A program made the position numbers and the translations under genes. The notes under the pieces were generated by a model. It was not told the origin of the DNA and did not search any database. It saw nothing but the letters and a program-made list of their open reading frames with translations. A stretch of DNA of 35,857 nt from Promethearchaeota archaeon (GTDB lineage: Archaea; Asgardarchaeota; Lokiarchaeia; Sigyniarchaeales; SOKP01), in assembly GCA_030603385.1 (NCBI GenBank), contig JAUVXW010000040.1, forward strand, positions 1 to 35,857, in the 5' to 3' direction. Positions 1-9,598 of the stretch are shown here, one piece after another. Positions within the stretch are counted from its first letter, which is position 1. The number at the start of each line of letters is the position of its first letter.

Positions 1-1441
1 GTTTCTTTCTATCCCGAATCGATACACAGCCATCGTCATTCATGAATCCAATATCTCCCGTAAGGAGCCATGTACGGGCATCCCAAGTTTTTAGAGTATC
101 GGCCGTAGCTTCTGGTTTATTTAAATACGCTTTCATTACTTGAGGTCCGCATACACAAATTTCTCCAATATGCTCTTCTCCATATTTCGAACCAGGTAAC
201 CCATCTGCAATAGGACCCGCCTCAAAATCATCAGGATCAAAGATTGCCCAATCTGTACCTGGTATAGGCATTCCAACTGTACCAACTGGATTTTCACCAA
301 ATAAACTATTCGCACTAGCAACGCAAGTCGATTCAGTTAATCCATAACCCTCTACTACTCTGCCTCCCGTTCTTTCTTGAAATTTTTCTTGAACAGGTCG
401 GTGTAATGGACCTGCTCCTGAAACGCATAGTCTCAGTTTTCCCGCCAAATTTGGGTACGGACTAAGATCTGGAAAGTCGGCAATCCTCTTAAAAAGAATT
501 TCTGCCCCAGGATAGGCAAAGCCCAGCGGTGCGGGCATGTCGTTGATTATTTTAAGTAATTCATCAGTAGGAGGGGGTCTCGTAAATAATAGCATCCACC
601 CACCCGCCGTTATAGAAGCATTCATTACAGCTGTAATTGCGAAAGCGTGAAATAGGGGTAATACTCCGAGAACACCCATTCCGGGCTGTTCTCCTCCAAA
701 TATTAATCTAACTTGTATTGCATTACATACTATATTAAAGTGAGTTAGCACTGTCGCTTTAGGAACCCCGGTTGTACCTCCTGTCATTATATATGTTCCA
801 GTATGTTCTGTGGGATCAATCTTTACATCAGGAATGTTTGGCTCAGTCGTAAAAAGCTCGTAAAAATTATAAGATGGCTCAAAATCAATTTTGCCCGTCC
901 GAATCTTTCGAGTCTTTCTGGCGATGAAATCTTTAAAACTTTTTGAACCAGTAACAAAGTCTTCTACATTTTTATAAATTACCAATTCAATGTTGTTTTT
1001 ATCTATAATTGGTTTTACTAAAAGGTTATACATAGCTTCAAGTGTAATTATGGCTCTTGGTCCAGTTGTCTCAATGTGGTGTAAAACTTCAATAGGTTTG
1101 TAAGTAATGTTTATACCAGTTGGAATAGCACCTATTTTAGCACATGCGTAAAAGCATATGGGATATTGAAAACAATTAGGCATAAGTAGACCAACAACAT
1201 CTCCTTTTTTTATTCCTAAATTATGAAGACTTGTAGCTACTATATCTATTGCTTGTCCAACCTCATCGTAGGTCATCCAAGAACCAAGATAATATATCAA
1301 GTTATCGTTCGCATATTTTTTGCGTTGCCTATCAAAAAATTCACCTAGCGTAATTTTCTCGAAATCGTAATTCTTAGGGACATTTTCAGGCCAAAACTTT
1401 TTGAACCAAGCTTTATCTTCATTTACTTGCCAATCTGACAT
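1..1441 (-). CDS. Long-chain-fatty-acid--CoA ligase (AMP-binding enzyme), 3' end runs off the window
   Basis: Not in the ORF track. Manual translation from ATG at 1441 gives MSDWQVNEDKAWFKKFWPENVP..., with AMP-binding P-loop YIMTGGTTGVPKA, plus EGYGLTES, GEICVCGPQVMKAY and WLLTGDIG. Confidence 0.93.
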   Translation of the reverse strand, partial: MSDWQVNEDKAWFKKFWPENVPKNYDFEKITLGEFFDRQRKKYANDNLIYYLGSWMTYDEVGQAIDIVATSLHNLGIKKGDVVGLLMPNCFQYPICFYACAKIGAIPTGINITYKPIEVLHHIETTGPRAIITLEAMYNLLVKPIIDKNNIELVIYKNVEDFVTGSKSFKDFIARKTRKIRTGKIDFEPSYNFYELFTTEPNIPDVKIDPTEHTGTYIMTGGTTGVPKATVLTHFNIVCNAIQVRLIFGGEQPGMGVLGVLPLFHAFAITAVMNASITAGGWMLLFTRPPPTDELLKIINDMPAPLGFAYPGAEILFKRIADFPDLSPYPNLAGKLRLCVSGAGPLHRPVQEKFQERTGGRVVEGYGLTESTCVASANSLFGENPVGTVGMPIPGTDWAIFDPDDFEAGPIADGLPGSKYGEEHIGEICVCGPQVMKAYLNKPEATADTLKTWDARTWLLTGDIGFMNDDGCVSIRDRKK

Positions 1442-1571
1442 TTTGATTACACTTTAGATTTCATTTTTTAATCATTATTTTATACTTTGAATATTAATTA
1501 AAAATGGTTTAAATTTATAAAGTTTATAAAAAATAATAATGATAATAGAGTTATTCTATATTGATTTCTCT

Positions 1572-1615
1572 GATTTTAGAATATTTTTTATTTAAGAGAT
1601 TTTAGAATATTTTTT
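1572..1615. repeat. 18-bp perfect direct repeat GATTTTAGAATATTTTTT x2 in a divergent promoter region
   Basis: Copies at 1572-1589 and 1598-1615 (period 26). Confidence 0.75.
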
Positions 1616-1698
1616 GTAGAAATTATAATAAAAAAGAATAAAAGATACAAATAATTCGAAATACTTAGAAATTGAATAAATAAGAGATACTGAAAAAA

Positions 1699-2067
1699 AT
1701 GCCTTGTATACATGGTTTAGATGAAATAAATTGTCCAACGTGCCGAACTGCAAAATCTACTTTACCAAATAATGCAATTAATAGAATAAAAACACCTAAT
1801 ATAAAGATTGGAAATCCCTTTTTCAATAAGAATGATCGATTAGATCGTAAAATAGCAGGAGAAATTACTGTTAAAAGATTAGATATTATACATCCCCCAG
1901 TTAGTCCCATATTGAAGCCATTTCTCATAAATGAAATCCCAAGTTTTGAAAATAAAATATTATTAGACAGATTTCAAGAATTAGATTTATCTAAAGAAGA
2001 TAATTTTGGGATTTCGAAAAAAATTCCTCTGGAAAACCCTGAATGGAAATTTGAGGAAGAAGATTAA
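1699..2067 (+). CDS. Hypothetical protein with N-terminal CxH..CxxC putative Zn-binding motif
   Basis: 122-aa ORF beginning MPCIHGLDEINCPTC. Confidence 0.7.
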   Translation: MPCIHGLDEINCPTCRTAKSTLPNNAINRIKTPNIKIGNPFFNKNDRLDRKIAGEITVKRLDIIHPPVSPILKPFLINEIPSFENKILLDRFQELDLSKEDNFGISKKIPLENPEWKFEEED

Positions 2068-2190
2068 GGTTTTCTTTTCGAGGATTCTTCACGTCTCTTT
2101 TTATATTGTGATTTAAGTTATTAATATAAAGCATTAAATCATAAATATAAATTAAACCACATTTAACAAAACAATTGAGAGGTGAATTAA

Positions 2191-2850
2191 TTGGGTGATG
2201 ATTTTCAACTTTCCATTGATTGGTTAGGACATGCTGCCTTTAGAGTCAAAACCTCTAGTGGAAGAGTTATATATTTAGATCCTTATCAGATTAAAGACGG
2301 AGAAGAAAAAGCAGATATCATTGTTTCCTCACACTCTCATCCAGATCATTTTGATTCTAAAAGTATTAAAAAATTAATGAAGGAAGATACTGTAGTATTA
2401 GGTCCAGAGAGTATTGCTAGTAATTTGAAGCAATTTAATGGTCAACCTATTAAATTAGGTGATTCTTTTGATTATAAAGATCTTTCTATCGAACTTATAC
2501 CTTCATATAATATAAAAAAGCCAAACCATCCCAAATCGAGTGGATGGGCAGGAATTATTGTAAGATCTGGAGATAAGAGTGTATATCATGCAGGTGATAC
2601 AGAAAGAATTCCCGAAATGAAAGAGTTGGCAAAAACGAATATCACTGTAGCATTAATTCCTTGCGGAGGAACATACACAATGGATTTTGATGAAGCAACA
2701 GATTCAGCAGTAGATATCCAGCCTAAAATCGCAGTACCGATGCATAATTGGGGGAAGGATTTAAATAATTTCAAAGATCTTTTAGCAAAAAAAGATGCAA
2801 ATATCAAGGTAGAAATCCTTACTGAAGGCGGTGAATCTTTAAAAATCTAA
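2191..2850 (+). CDS. Metallo-beta-lactamase-fold hydrolase (UlaG/UPF0173-like)
   Basis: Motifs WLGHAAF, DPY, SHSHPDH, YHAGDT and PMH. TTG start preceded by a GAGGTGA RBS. Confidence 0.9.
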   Translation: MGDDFQLSIDWLGHAAFRVKTSSGRVIYLDPYQIKDGEEKADIIVSSHSHPDHFDSKSIKKLMKEDTVVLGPESIASNLKQFNGQPIKLGDSFDYKDLSIELIPSYNIKKPNHPKSSGWAGIIVRSGDKSVYHAGDTERIPEMKELAKTNITVALIPCGGTYTMDFDEATDSAVDIQPKIAVPMHNWGKDLNNFKDLLAKKDANIKVEILTEGGESLKI

Positions 2851-2907
2851 ATTTCTCTTTTTATTAAATATATCTTTTTTTTTTTTAATCTCTCTCAAAC
2901 TCTGGTT

Positions 2908-2957
2908 TCTTAAGAAATAGAAATCTATAAAATTAGTAAGCTCACAATATAATTTAA
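2908..2957 (+). promoter_or_regulatory. Diverged copy of a repeated BRE/TATA-like promoter module
   Basis: 42/50 identical to 4002-4051 by manual alignment; purine-rich tract followed by TATAAAA upstream of the ATG at 2987. Confidence 0.6.
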
Positions 2958-2986
2958 TAATAAAAATTAAAATTAATGAGGAAAAT

Positions 2987-3910
2987 ATGCCATATTTTGA
3001 AAAAGGAAATTTACGAATGTATTACGAAGATGTTGGAAAAGGAGATCCCATTATAACTAATCATGGCTTAATGGAGGATGGGACTTATTGGAGCGAAACA
3101 GGCGTTACAGCTGCATTATCTAAAAAATATAGGGTGATTTCAATTGATATGAGGGGGCATGGCCGAACTGTCGTAAAGGAAGAACCTTATGGCTATGATG
3201 CTGACACCATGGCTCAAGATTTTGATGACCTTGCCGATTTCTTAGGCATTGATAAATTTCATCTATTAACTCATGCTACGGGAGGGATGGCGGGTGCTCG
3301 CTACACTATGAAAAGATCAGATCGTTTATTAAGTGCTATGTTGACAGATACAAGCTCAAACACTCAGGTCGAAACTCCTGATTACAGAGAATTTACGGAG
3401 GAAGAAAAAAAAGAGAGTACTCAGAGAGCTGAGATGTTTGAGAAGGCAAGTGAGGAAGAGAGAGAAAAATTGAGAGAAGCATGGATAGATATGGATTCTA
3501 AAATGACTATTGAGGATAGGATGGCTGCTATTAAGCAAGAACCCGGACCATTTTTGTTCAAGATGGCTGAACATCCTGAAAGCGATAAAATGTTTAAGAT
3601 CTATGAAGGATTTTTACGACGTCAAGATCGTAGGGCAGTATTAACCTTCATGACGAATTTTTATACAGATCCTGATCCCCGGATTGAAGAGCTCAGACAG
3701 ATCAAGTGCCCTACATTGGTCTTACTTGGTGAATTCGATGTAGTCTTTTTGAAACCAAGTGAAATAATGGCAAAAGAGATTCCCGATGTTCGGCATGTGG
3801 TTATGTCAGGTCTTGGTCACATGACTGCCATCGAGGATCCTAAGCGGACAATAGCTGAAATCCTTGACTTTCTTGAAACAGTGGAACAAACTGGAAGAGC
3901 CAATAGGTAA
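2987..3910 (+). CDS. Alpha/beta-fold hydrolase with atypical nucleophile elbow (THATG)
   Basis: Motifs HG oxyanion, DMRGHGRT, PTLVLLGEFD and GH catalytic His. GxSxG is replaced by T-H-A-T-G. Confidence 0.88.
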   Translation: MPYFEKGNLRMYYEDVGKGDPIITNHGLMEDGTYWSETGVTAALSKKYRVISIDMRGHGRTVVKEEPYGYDADTMAQDFDDLADFLGIDKFHLLTHATGGMAGARYTMKRSDRLLSAMLTDTSSNTQVETPDYREFTEEEKKESTQRAEMFEKASEEEREKLREAWIDMDSKMTIEDRMAAIKQEPGPFLFKMAEHPESDKMFKIYEGFLRRQDRRAVLTFMTNFYTDPDPRIEELRQIKCPTLVLLGEFDVVFLKPSEIMAKEIPDVRHVVMSGLGHMTAIEDPKRTIAEILDFLETVEQTGRANR

Positions 3911-3942
3911 GAATTCTTAACATAAAAAAATTTTCGCGTCGC

Positions 3943-3988
3943 TTCGAAGGATAATGACTTTGAATATGTATCCTCCGAAACTTTTTTT
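3943..3988 (+). terminator. Stem-loop followed by T-tract, possible terminator
   Basis: TTCGAAGGATA (3943-3953) pairs with TATCCTCCGAA (3969-3979) with one mismatch, followed by T7. Confidence 0.4.
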
Positions 3989-4171
3989 AATTAACTCTAA
4001 CTCTCAAGAAATAGAAATTTATAAAATATGTTAGGTCAAATTATAATTTAACATTAAATAATTAGAAGAAAGATTTAATATTTTTTTAATTAACTCTAAT
4101 TCTCAAGAAATAGAAATTTATAAAATATGTTAGGTCAAATTATAATTTAACCTTAGAAGAAAGATTTAATA
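3982..4171 (+). repeat. Tandem duplication of a ~91-99 bp T-tract plus promoter-like module
   Basis: 3982-4080 and 4081-4171 are nearly identical (one substitution, one short indel). Each contains AAGAAATAGAAATTTATAAAAT. Confidence 0.92.
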
Positions 4172-4178
4172 AAATGAG

Positions 4179-5072
4179 ATGTTAAAAATGGGTAGACTTG
4201 ATGGAAAGGTTGCTGTAATTACAGGCGGATCTAGCGGTATTGGAAATGCGTCTGTACGGCTATTTATTAAAGAAGGTGCTCAAGTTGTATTTGGGGATAT
4301 CCAAGATGAATTAGGTGAAGCTCTTGCTGAAGAACTTGGTCCCAATGCCATATACCTTCATGTTGATGTTCGAAATGAATCTGAAATAAAAGCGCTTATT
4401 GATCTTGCTGTTGAAAAATTTGGTCGTCTTGATTGTATGTTTAATAACGCAGGTTTTCCATGTGTTGGAGGACCAATTGATGAAACCCCCACAGATGGAT
4501 TTGATGTGAGTATGGAAATCCAATTCCGCAGTGTTTTTCTTGGTATGAAACATGCTAGTCCAATAATGAAGCAACAAGGTTCAGGAAGTATAATCAGTAC
4601 GGCAAGTGTAGCCGGTCTTCGAACTGGGATGGGAAGTCATGTTTATAGCGCAGCTAAGGCTGCAATTATCCACTTAACTCGTACAGTTGCTATGGAATTA
4701 GGAGAATTTAATATCCGTGTAAATTGTATATGTCCTGGAGGAATAGCAACTGCTATCTTTGGAAAAGGTCTTGGATTTGATCAAGATAAAGCTGAAAGAT
4801 TCAAAGCATTTGCGGGGATCTTCCTTTCTGAACTTCAACCAATAAAACGAGTAGGGCTTCCAGAAGATATTGCTAAAGCAGCTCTATGGTTAGCAAGTGA
4901 TGAATCTACCTTTGTCAGCGGACACCCCCTAGTTATTGATGGTGGATTGATAGGGGGGAGAATGTGGGGCCAAAATACAGAACAGTGGGAAGAAATGGCA
5001 AAAAAGTTAGGCATTGAGGATCTTGAAGAAAATAGGAGAAGAATAAATGAAGAAATCGCTAGAATGAAATGA
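4179..5072 (+). CDS. Short-chain dehydrogenase/reductase (SDR, FabG-like)
   Basis: Motifs TGGSSGIG, NNAG, YSAAK and IRVNCICPG. The start may be the ATG at 4188. Confidence 0.95.
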   Translation: MLKMGRLDGKVAVITGGSSGIGNASVRLFIKEGAQVVFGDIQDELGEALAEELGPNAIYLHVDVRNESEIKALIDLAVEKFGRLDCMFNNAGFPCVGGPIDETPTDGFDVSMEIQFRSVFLGMKHASPIMKQQGSGSIISTASVAGLRTGMGSHVYSAAKAAIIHLTRTVAMELGEFNIRVNCICPGGIATAIFGKGLGFDQDKAERFKAFAGIFLSELQPIKRVGLPEDIAKAALWLASDESTFVSGHPLVIDGGLIGGRMWGQNTEQWEEMAKKLGIEDLEENRRRINEEIARMK

Positions 5073-5205
5073 ATTCTATTTTTATATTAACACTTTCAAT
5101 TTTTTATTAAGATAAGATTTTAAACCATGTTTTTTAAACATTATATATAAAATTTTTAATTGATTTTAAGAAATCAAATTAATAACTTCAGGTTCGTGAG
5201 GTAAA

Positions 5206-6930
5206 ATGGAAGTTGACAAAGATCTGAAAAATAATACTACAGTAGCGTATATCTCCATGGAGATAGGAGTTGAAAGTAATATACCTACATATAGTGGAGG
5301 TTTAGGTGTGTTATCTGGGGATACAGTTAGATCCTCTGCAGACCTAGAACTTCCTATGGTCGGCATCTGCTTATGTTATAGTTCTGGCTATTTTTATCAA
5401 TTTTTTAATGAGTTTGGAGATCAAAAAGAAAGAGAAATTGAATGGAATTTCTTCTATGAATTCGAGAGAGTTCCTCAACCAATTATTATGAAAATAGAGA
5501 ATAAAGATGTGAAAGTTTCAGCATGGCAATATAATATAATTGGTCAATCTGGTCATATTTTACCTATTTATTTATTAACTACTGATGTAGAGGGGAATGA
5601 AGATTGGATGAAGAACATGACTGGTTCACTTTATGATTCTACCTCAATATGGAATAGAATTGTGCAAGAAATAATTCTAGGGATAGGAGGGGTTAAGCTT
5701 TTAAAATCTTTAGGATATAATAACATTCAAACTTATCACCTTAATGAGGGTCATGGTTCTTTTGCTATGGTTGAACTTTATGATATGTTAAATGGAGATA
5801 TTGAAAAAGTAAAAGAAAAAGTAGTATTCACAACGCACACTCCTGTTCCTGCTGGGCATGATCGCTTCAATCAAGATTTAGTTGATAAAGTTTTTGAAAA
5901 AAGAATGCCTCCTGAAATTAGGAAACTCGCGGATGATAATGGAGAATTCAATATGACTTTTCTTGGAATGGCACTTTCCAGATATAGAAATGGTGTGGCT
6001 AAAAAACATGGTGATATCTCAAGGAAAATGTTTCCACAATATGAGATTGATCACATAACAAATGGAATCCATTTACCTTTTTGGGTCTCTAAGCCTTTTA
6101 GGAAAATGTTTAGTAGGAAATGGCCGAATTGGAGAGCAAATCCTACTGTTCTTGAGAATGCAATTGAGTTAGATGACTTAGAAATCTTTGATAATCATAT
6201 TGAGAATAAATTTAACTTAATTTCCTATCAAAAGGGTCATTCATGGAACTTATTAGATGAAGAGATGATAACAATTGGATTCGCAAGGCGTTTTGCGACG
6301 TATAAAAGAGCAACATTAATCTTTCATGATATCGATAGAATAGGTAAGATAGCGAAAGGTCATCTCCAATTCATATTTGCAGGGAAGGCTCATCCTAAAG
6401 ATCAGGAGGGGAAAGATTACATTAAAAAAATTTATGAAGCCGGTGAATATATGTACGATAACTATGGAGTAAAAGTTGTAATGATGGAGAACTATAATAT
6501 GGATCTTTCTCATATGCTAGTAAGCGGCTGTGATGTGTGGCTTAATACACCTAATAGGTATCGTGAAGCAAGTGGAACAAGCGGAATGAAAGCAGCCTTA
6601 AACGGAGTATTGAATTTATCGGTACAAGACGGGTGGTGGTTGGAAGGGTATAAAATGAATCATCTAGCAGGTTGGACTATAGGACCTGATGATTCAAACC
6701 CAGATGATCCTGGTGTTTCAAATGATTGGGATACTGACGCCAATGCGCTTTACGAGGCCTTAGAAAACGAGATTATTCCAACATACATGAACCATGATGA
6801 ATGGATATTTCGGCAGAAAAATGCAATATCTTTAGCCGCTTATTTTAATACGCATAGAATGATGTTACAGTACGCAGAAAAAGCCTACAAGTTGAAAAGG
6901 CAGAAACCGTGGAAGTTTAGTATCCTTTAG
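5206..6930 (+). CDS. glgP: Alpha-glucan (glycogen/maltodextrin) phosphorylase
   Basis: Motifs YSGGLGVLSGD, HLNEGH, FTTHTPVPAGHD, ARRFATYKR and PLP-lysine motif EASGTSGMKAALNG. Confidence 0.96.
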   Translation: MEVDKDLKNNTTVAYISMEIGVESNIPTYSGGLGVLSGDTVRSSADLELPMVGICLCYSSGYFYQFFNEFGDQKEREIEWNFFYEFERVPQPIIMKIENKDVKVSAWQYNIIGQSGHILPIYLLTTDVEGNEDWMKNMTGSLYDSTSIWNRIVQEIILGIGGVKLLKSLGYNNIQTYHLNEGHGSFAMVELYDMLNGDIEKVKEKVVFTTHTPVPAGHDRFNQDLVDKVFEKRMPPEIRKLADDNGEFNMTFLGMALSRYRNGVAKKHGDISRKMFPQYEIDHITNGIHLPFWVSKPFRKMFSRKWPNWRANPTVLENAIELDDLEIFDNHIENKFNLISYQKGHSWNLLDEEMITIGFARRFATYKRATLIFHDIDRIGKIAKGHLQFIFAGKAHPKDQEGKDYIKKIYEAGEYMYDNYGVKVVMMENYNMDLSHMLVSGCDVWLNTPNRYREASGTSGMKAALNGVLNLSVQDGWWLEGYKMNHLAGWTIGPDDSNPDDPGVSNDWDTDANALYEALENEIIPTYMNHDEWIFRQKNAISLAAYFNTHRMMLQYAEKAYKLKRQKPWKFSIL

Positions 6931-6967
6931 ATGTCTTGAAATTTGTTAGTTAATTTTTCTTAATCTT

Positions 6968-7465
6968 TTAAAAATTAGATAATTTAAACTGACGAATTTT
7001 AATATAATCCTCGAATTTCTTTTTATTGAAATAATCTTCTAAAACCTGGTTTAGAATTTCTTCCATAATTTCAACACCTGAATTTATACCATTCATATCT
7101 TTAGCTAGAAGCATCATATAATCTGGGATTGATATAAGAAAAAAATTACCTTGAGTAAATTCAATATCAGAGTAAGATGCTAAAATCTCATTTGAATTTT
7201 TTATGATTTCAGGGGTTGTAAACAGAACAATCAAATATTCCTCAGTATATTCCTCTACCAAATAACTATCTCTAATTCCAGAAGCTAAGAGAGGATTTTT
7301 CATATAAGATTTAAATAGATTTTGAAGTTGAGTCAAGTTTTTTCTTATTTTGGTTTTATTATGAAAGAAAACGAATTTTTCTGTTAACTTTAAAGGTTCA
7401 CCTTCTATGTAGGTAATACTTTTTGGGGGATTTTTAAATATAAATTCTTTAAGATGATTTGGCAT
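6968..7465 (-). CDS. Hypothetical protein, possibly a stand-alone GH20 domain-2 (zincin-like) fold
   Basis: 165-aa ORF. PPKSI near the N-terminus and LLAKDMNGINSGVEIMEEIL resemble the hexosaminidase N-terminal domain pattern (judged by eye). Confidence 0.55.
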   Translation of the reverse strand: MPNHLKEFIFKNPPKSITYIEGEPLKLTEKFVFFHNKTKIRKNLTQLQNLFKSYMKNPLLASGIRDSYLVEEYTEEYLIVLFTTPEIIKNSNEILASYSDIEFTQGNFFLISIPDYMMLLAKDMNGINSGVEIMEEILNQVLEDYFNKKKFEDYIKIRQFKLSNF

Positions 7466-7561
7466 TATTTGAGTTCTATCAATAGATTTATTTAATTATA
7501 GAAAATTTGAATTAATAAAAAAGTTTCATTATTTTAGAATATAAGTGAAATTAAGGAAATA

Positions 7562-8569
7562 ATGAAATTAGGAACACTTGATTTAGCAAATAGATACATT
7601 TTAGCACCTATGCAAAATGTGACTACTGCACCTTATAGGAGATTTTGTAGAAAATTTCAAGAAATTGGATTAGTTAGTGTTCCAATGTTATATACTAAGA
7701 GAATTGCTAAAAATCCAAAATTTTTAGAACACAAATTATATAAAATAGAAGAAGAAAGACCAATAAGTATCCAATTAATAGGGTCTGATTTGGATGCTTT
7801 TAGAAAATCAATCGATTATCTTGAAAGCTATAATTTTGATGTATTAGATATAAATGCAGGCTGTCCTTCACGTAGAGCAATTAGGGCAAAGGAAGGGGGT
7901 TATTTAATGAAGGATTTGAGAAGATTAAACGAATTACTTCGAATAGTTGTTAAGAAATCCTCTAAACCAGTCTCGCTAAAAATTAGGACTGGCTTTGAAA
8001 AACCCATGAATATTGAAGAAGTATCGACTCTAATAAATGATTCTGGGATAAGTTTTTTGACTATCCATGCTAGAACTGTGAAAAGTAATTTCATTAATAG
8101 TACTCTAGATTTAAACACGGTAAAAAGATTAAAAGAAAGATTAAGGATCCCTTTAGTAGGGAATGGTGATATTACGACACCTGTAAGTGCAAAACAGTTT
8201 ATTGATTATACTAAAGTTGACGCTTTCATGATAGGCAGAGAAACTATGGGAAATCCAGAGATATTTCGGCAAATCCATGAACATTTAACTAAGGACAAAA
8301 CTTTTGCCTTTAAGAATAATTTGGAGTTAATCAAGAATTACATTAATATTTATGAAGAGATAATTGATACCTTACTTAGTGAAATTTCAAATCCATATGG
8401 AAATGATGAATTTAAATTCAAGGAATTAAAAAGAAATTCTATCTGGTTAATGAAAGGTTTTACGAATTCTACAAAAAATAGGACTCAATTGAGCAAAACT
8501 AAAAGCCTTTTACAGTTAAAAGCGTCTTTAAAAGAAATTTTTGATAAAAGAATAGAAAATAACAAATAA
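7562..8569 (+). CDS. dus: tRNA-dihydrouridine synthase family protein
   Basis: Motifs LAPM, QLIGSD, DINAGCP (catalytic Cys), KIRTG, HAR, GNGDI and MIGR. Confidence 0.92.
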   Translation: MKLGTLDLANRYILAPMQNVTTAPYRRFCRKFQEIGLVSVPMLYTKRIAKNPKFLEHKLYKIEEERPISIQLIGSDLDAFRKSIDYLESYNFDVLDINAGCPSRRAIRAKEGGYLMKDLRRLNELLRIVVKKSSKPVSLKIRTGFEKPMNIEEVSTLINDSGISFLTIHARTVKSNFINSTLDLNTVKRLKERLRIPLVGNGDITTPVSAKQFIDYTKVDAFMIGRETMGNPEIFRQIHEHLTKDKTFAFKNNLELIKNYINIYEEIIDTLLSEISNPYGNDEFKFKELKRNSIWLMKGFTNSTKNRTQLSKTKSLLQLKASLKEIFDKRIENNK

Positions 8570-8575
8570 TTTTCT

Positions 8576-9598
8576 CTATTCATATTTCTTTAAAAGTTCC
8601 TTATGGGTAAATACACCATCTTCAGTAATAACACCAGTAACAAGCCTAAATGGAGTTATATCAAATGCATAGTTTAGGCATTCTACACCATCAGGAACTA
8701 TCTGAACTTTACCTAAAACATTACTTACTTCAGTACTATCTCGCTGTTCAATTGTCACATCTTTTACAGTTTCATGAAGAGAAAGGGTAGAACTCGGTGC
8801 TGCTACATAAAAAGGTATATTATTATCTTTTGCGGCTAAAGCTACTAAATAAGTCCCAATTTTATTAAAAACAGCATCAGAGGTTACTCGATCAGTACCA
8901 ACAATAACTTTATTTATTTTTCCTAATCTCATAAGTAATCCAGAGGATGTATCTGAAATCACCTTAACTGGAATATTATCATATTGTAATTCATAAGCAG
9001 TTAATCTTGCACCTTGTAATCTTGGCCTTGTCTCATCAGCAATAACACTTATTTTCTTACCTTGTTCTATTGCTGATCTCACTGGAGCTAATGCTGTTCC
9101 GTACTGAACTGTGGCAAGAGAACCAGCATTACAATGTGTTAATACAACATCTCCATCCTGAAGTAATTCTGCCCCCCTCTTACCTATATTTTTATTAACA
9201 GTGATATCTTCTTGAGCCATAAGTTTTGCTTCTTCTATAACAAGTTCTGAAAGGTTTTTAGGGCTATCTGGATAGGATGTAATTATTTTCCAAATTCTAT
9301 CTACAGCCCAAAATAAGTTTGAAGCTGTTGGTCTTGTACTTCTAATAATATTAGCTGCCTTTTCCATAGATTCTAAAAACTTTTCTTTTGGTAAATCTCT
9401 ATACTCAATTGTAGCTATGGCCATGCCCATTGCTGCTGCAATTCCTATGGCAGGAGCTCCACGAATATTCATTACTTTTATTGATGTAGCAACATCCCTA
9501 TAATTATCAAACTCTAAGAATTCAAGCTTATGAGGTAAAAGAGTCTGATCAATCATCTTAACTTTATTGTCAGAAGTCCATTCTATAGAAGGAATCAT
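8576..9598 (-). CDS. mtnA: S-methyl-5-thioribose-1-phosphate isomerase (eIF2B-alpha-like family)
   Basis: Motifs IDQTLLP, IRGAPAIG, RPTA-NL-WA, THCNAGSLAT, ETRPRLQGARLT, NKIGTY and FDITP. Confidence 0.9.
   Translation of the reverse strand: MIPSIEWTSDNKVKMIDQTLLPHKLEFLEFDNYRDVATSIKVMNIRGAPAIGIAAAMGMAIATIEYRDLPKEKFLESMEKAANIIRSTRPTASNLFWAVDRIWKIITSYPDSPKNLSELVIEEAKLMAQEDITVNKNIGKRGAELLQDGDVVLTHCNAGSLATVQYGTALAPVRSAIEQGKKISVIADETRPRLQGARLTAYELQYDNIPVKVISDTSSGLLMRLGKINKVIVGTDRVTSDAVFNKIGTYLVALAAKDNNIPFYVAAPSSTLSLHETVKDVTIEQRDSTEVSNVLGKVQIVPDGVECLNYAFDITPFRLVTGVITEDGVFTHKELLKKYE

Noticed and set aside
136-321. 61-aa minus-strand ORF
   Set aside because: It is an alternative frame inside the acyl-CoA ligase gene.
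3943-3979. Hairpin containing ATGA as a possible SECIS
   Set aside because: The loop is too short for a eukaryote-like SECIS, and the flanking genes have no in-frame TGA.
3982-4171. Possible CRISPR array or MITE
   Set aside because: Only two long adjacent copies, with no spacers, cas genes, terminal inverted repeats or target-site duplication.
8576-9598. eIF2B subunit or ribose-1,5-bisphosphate isomerase
   Set aside because: DQTLLP, THCNAGSLAT..YGTAL and QGARLT motifs fit MtnA better.
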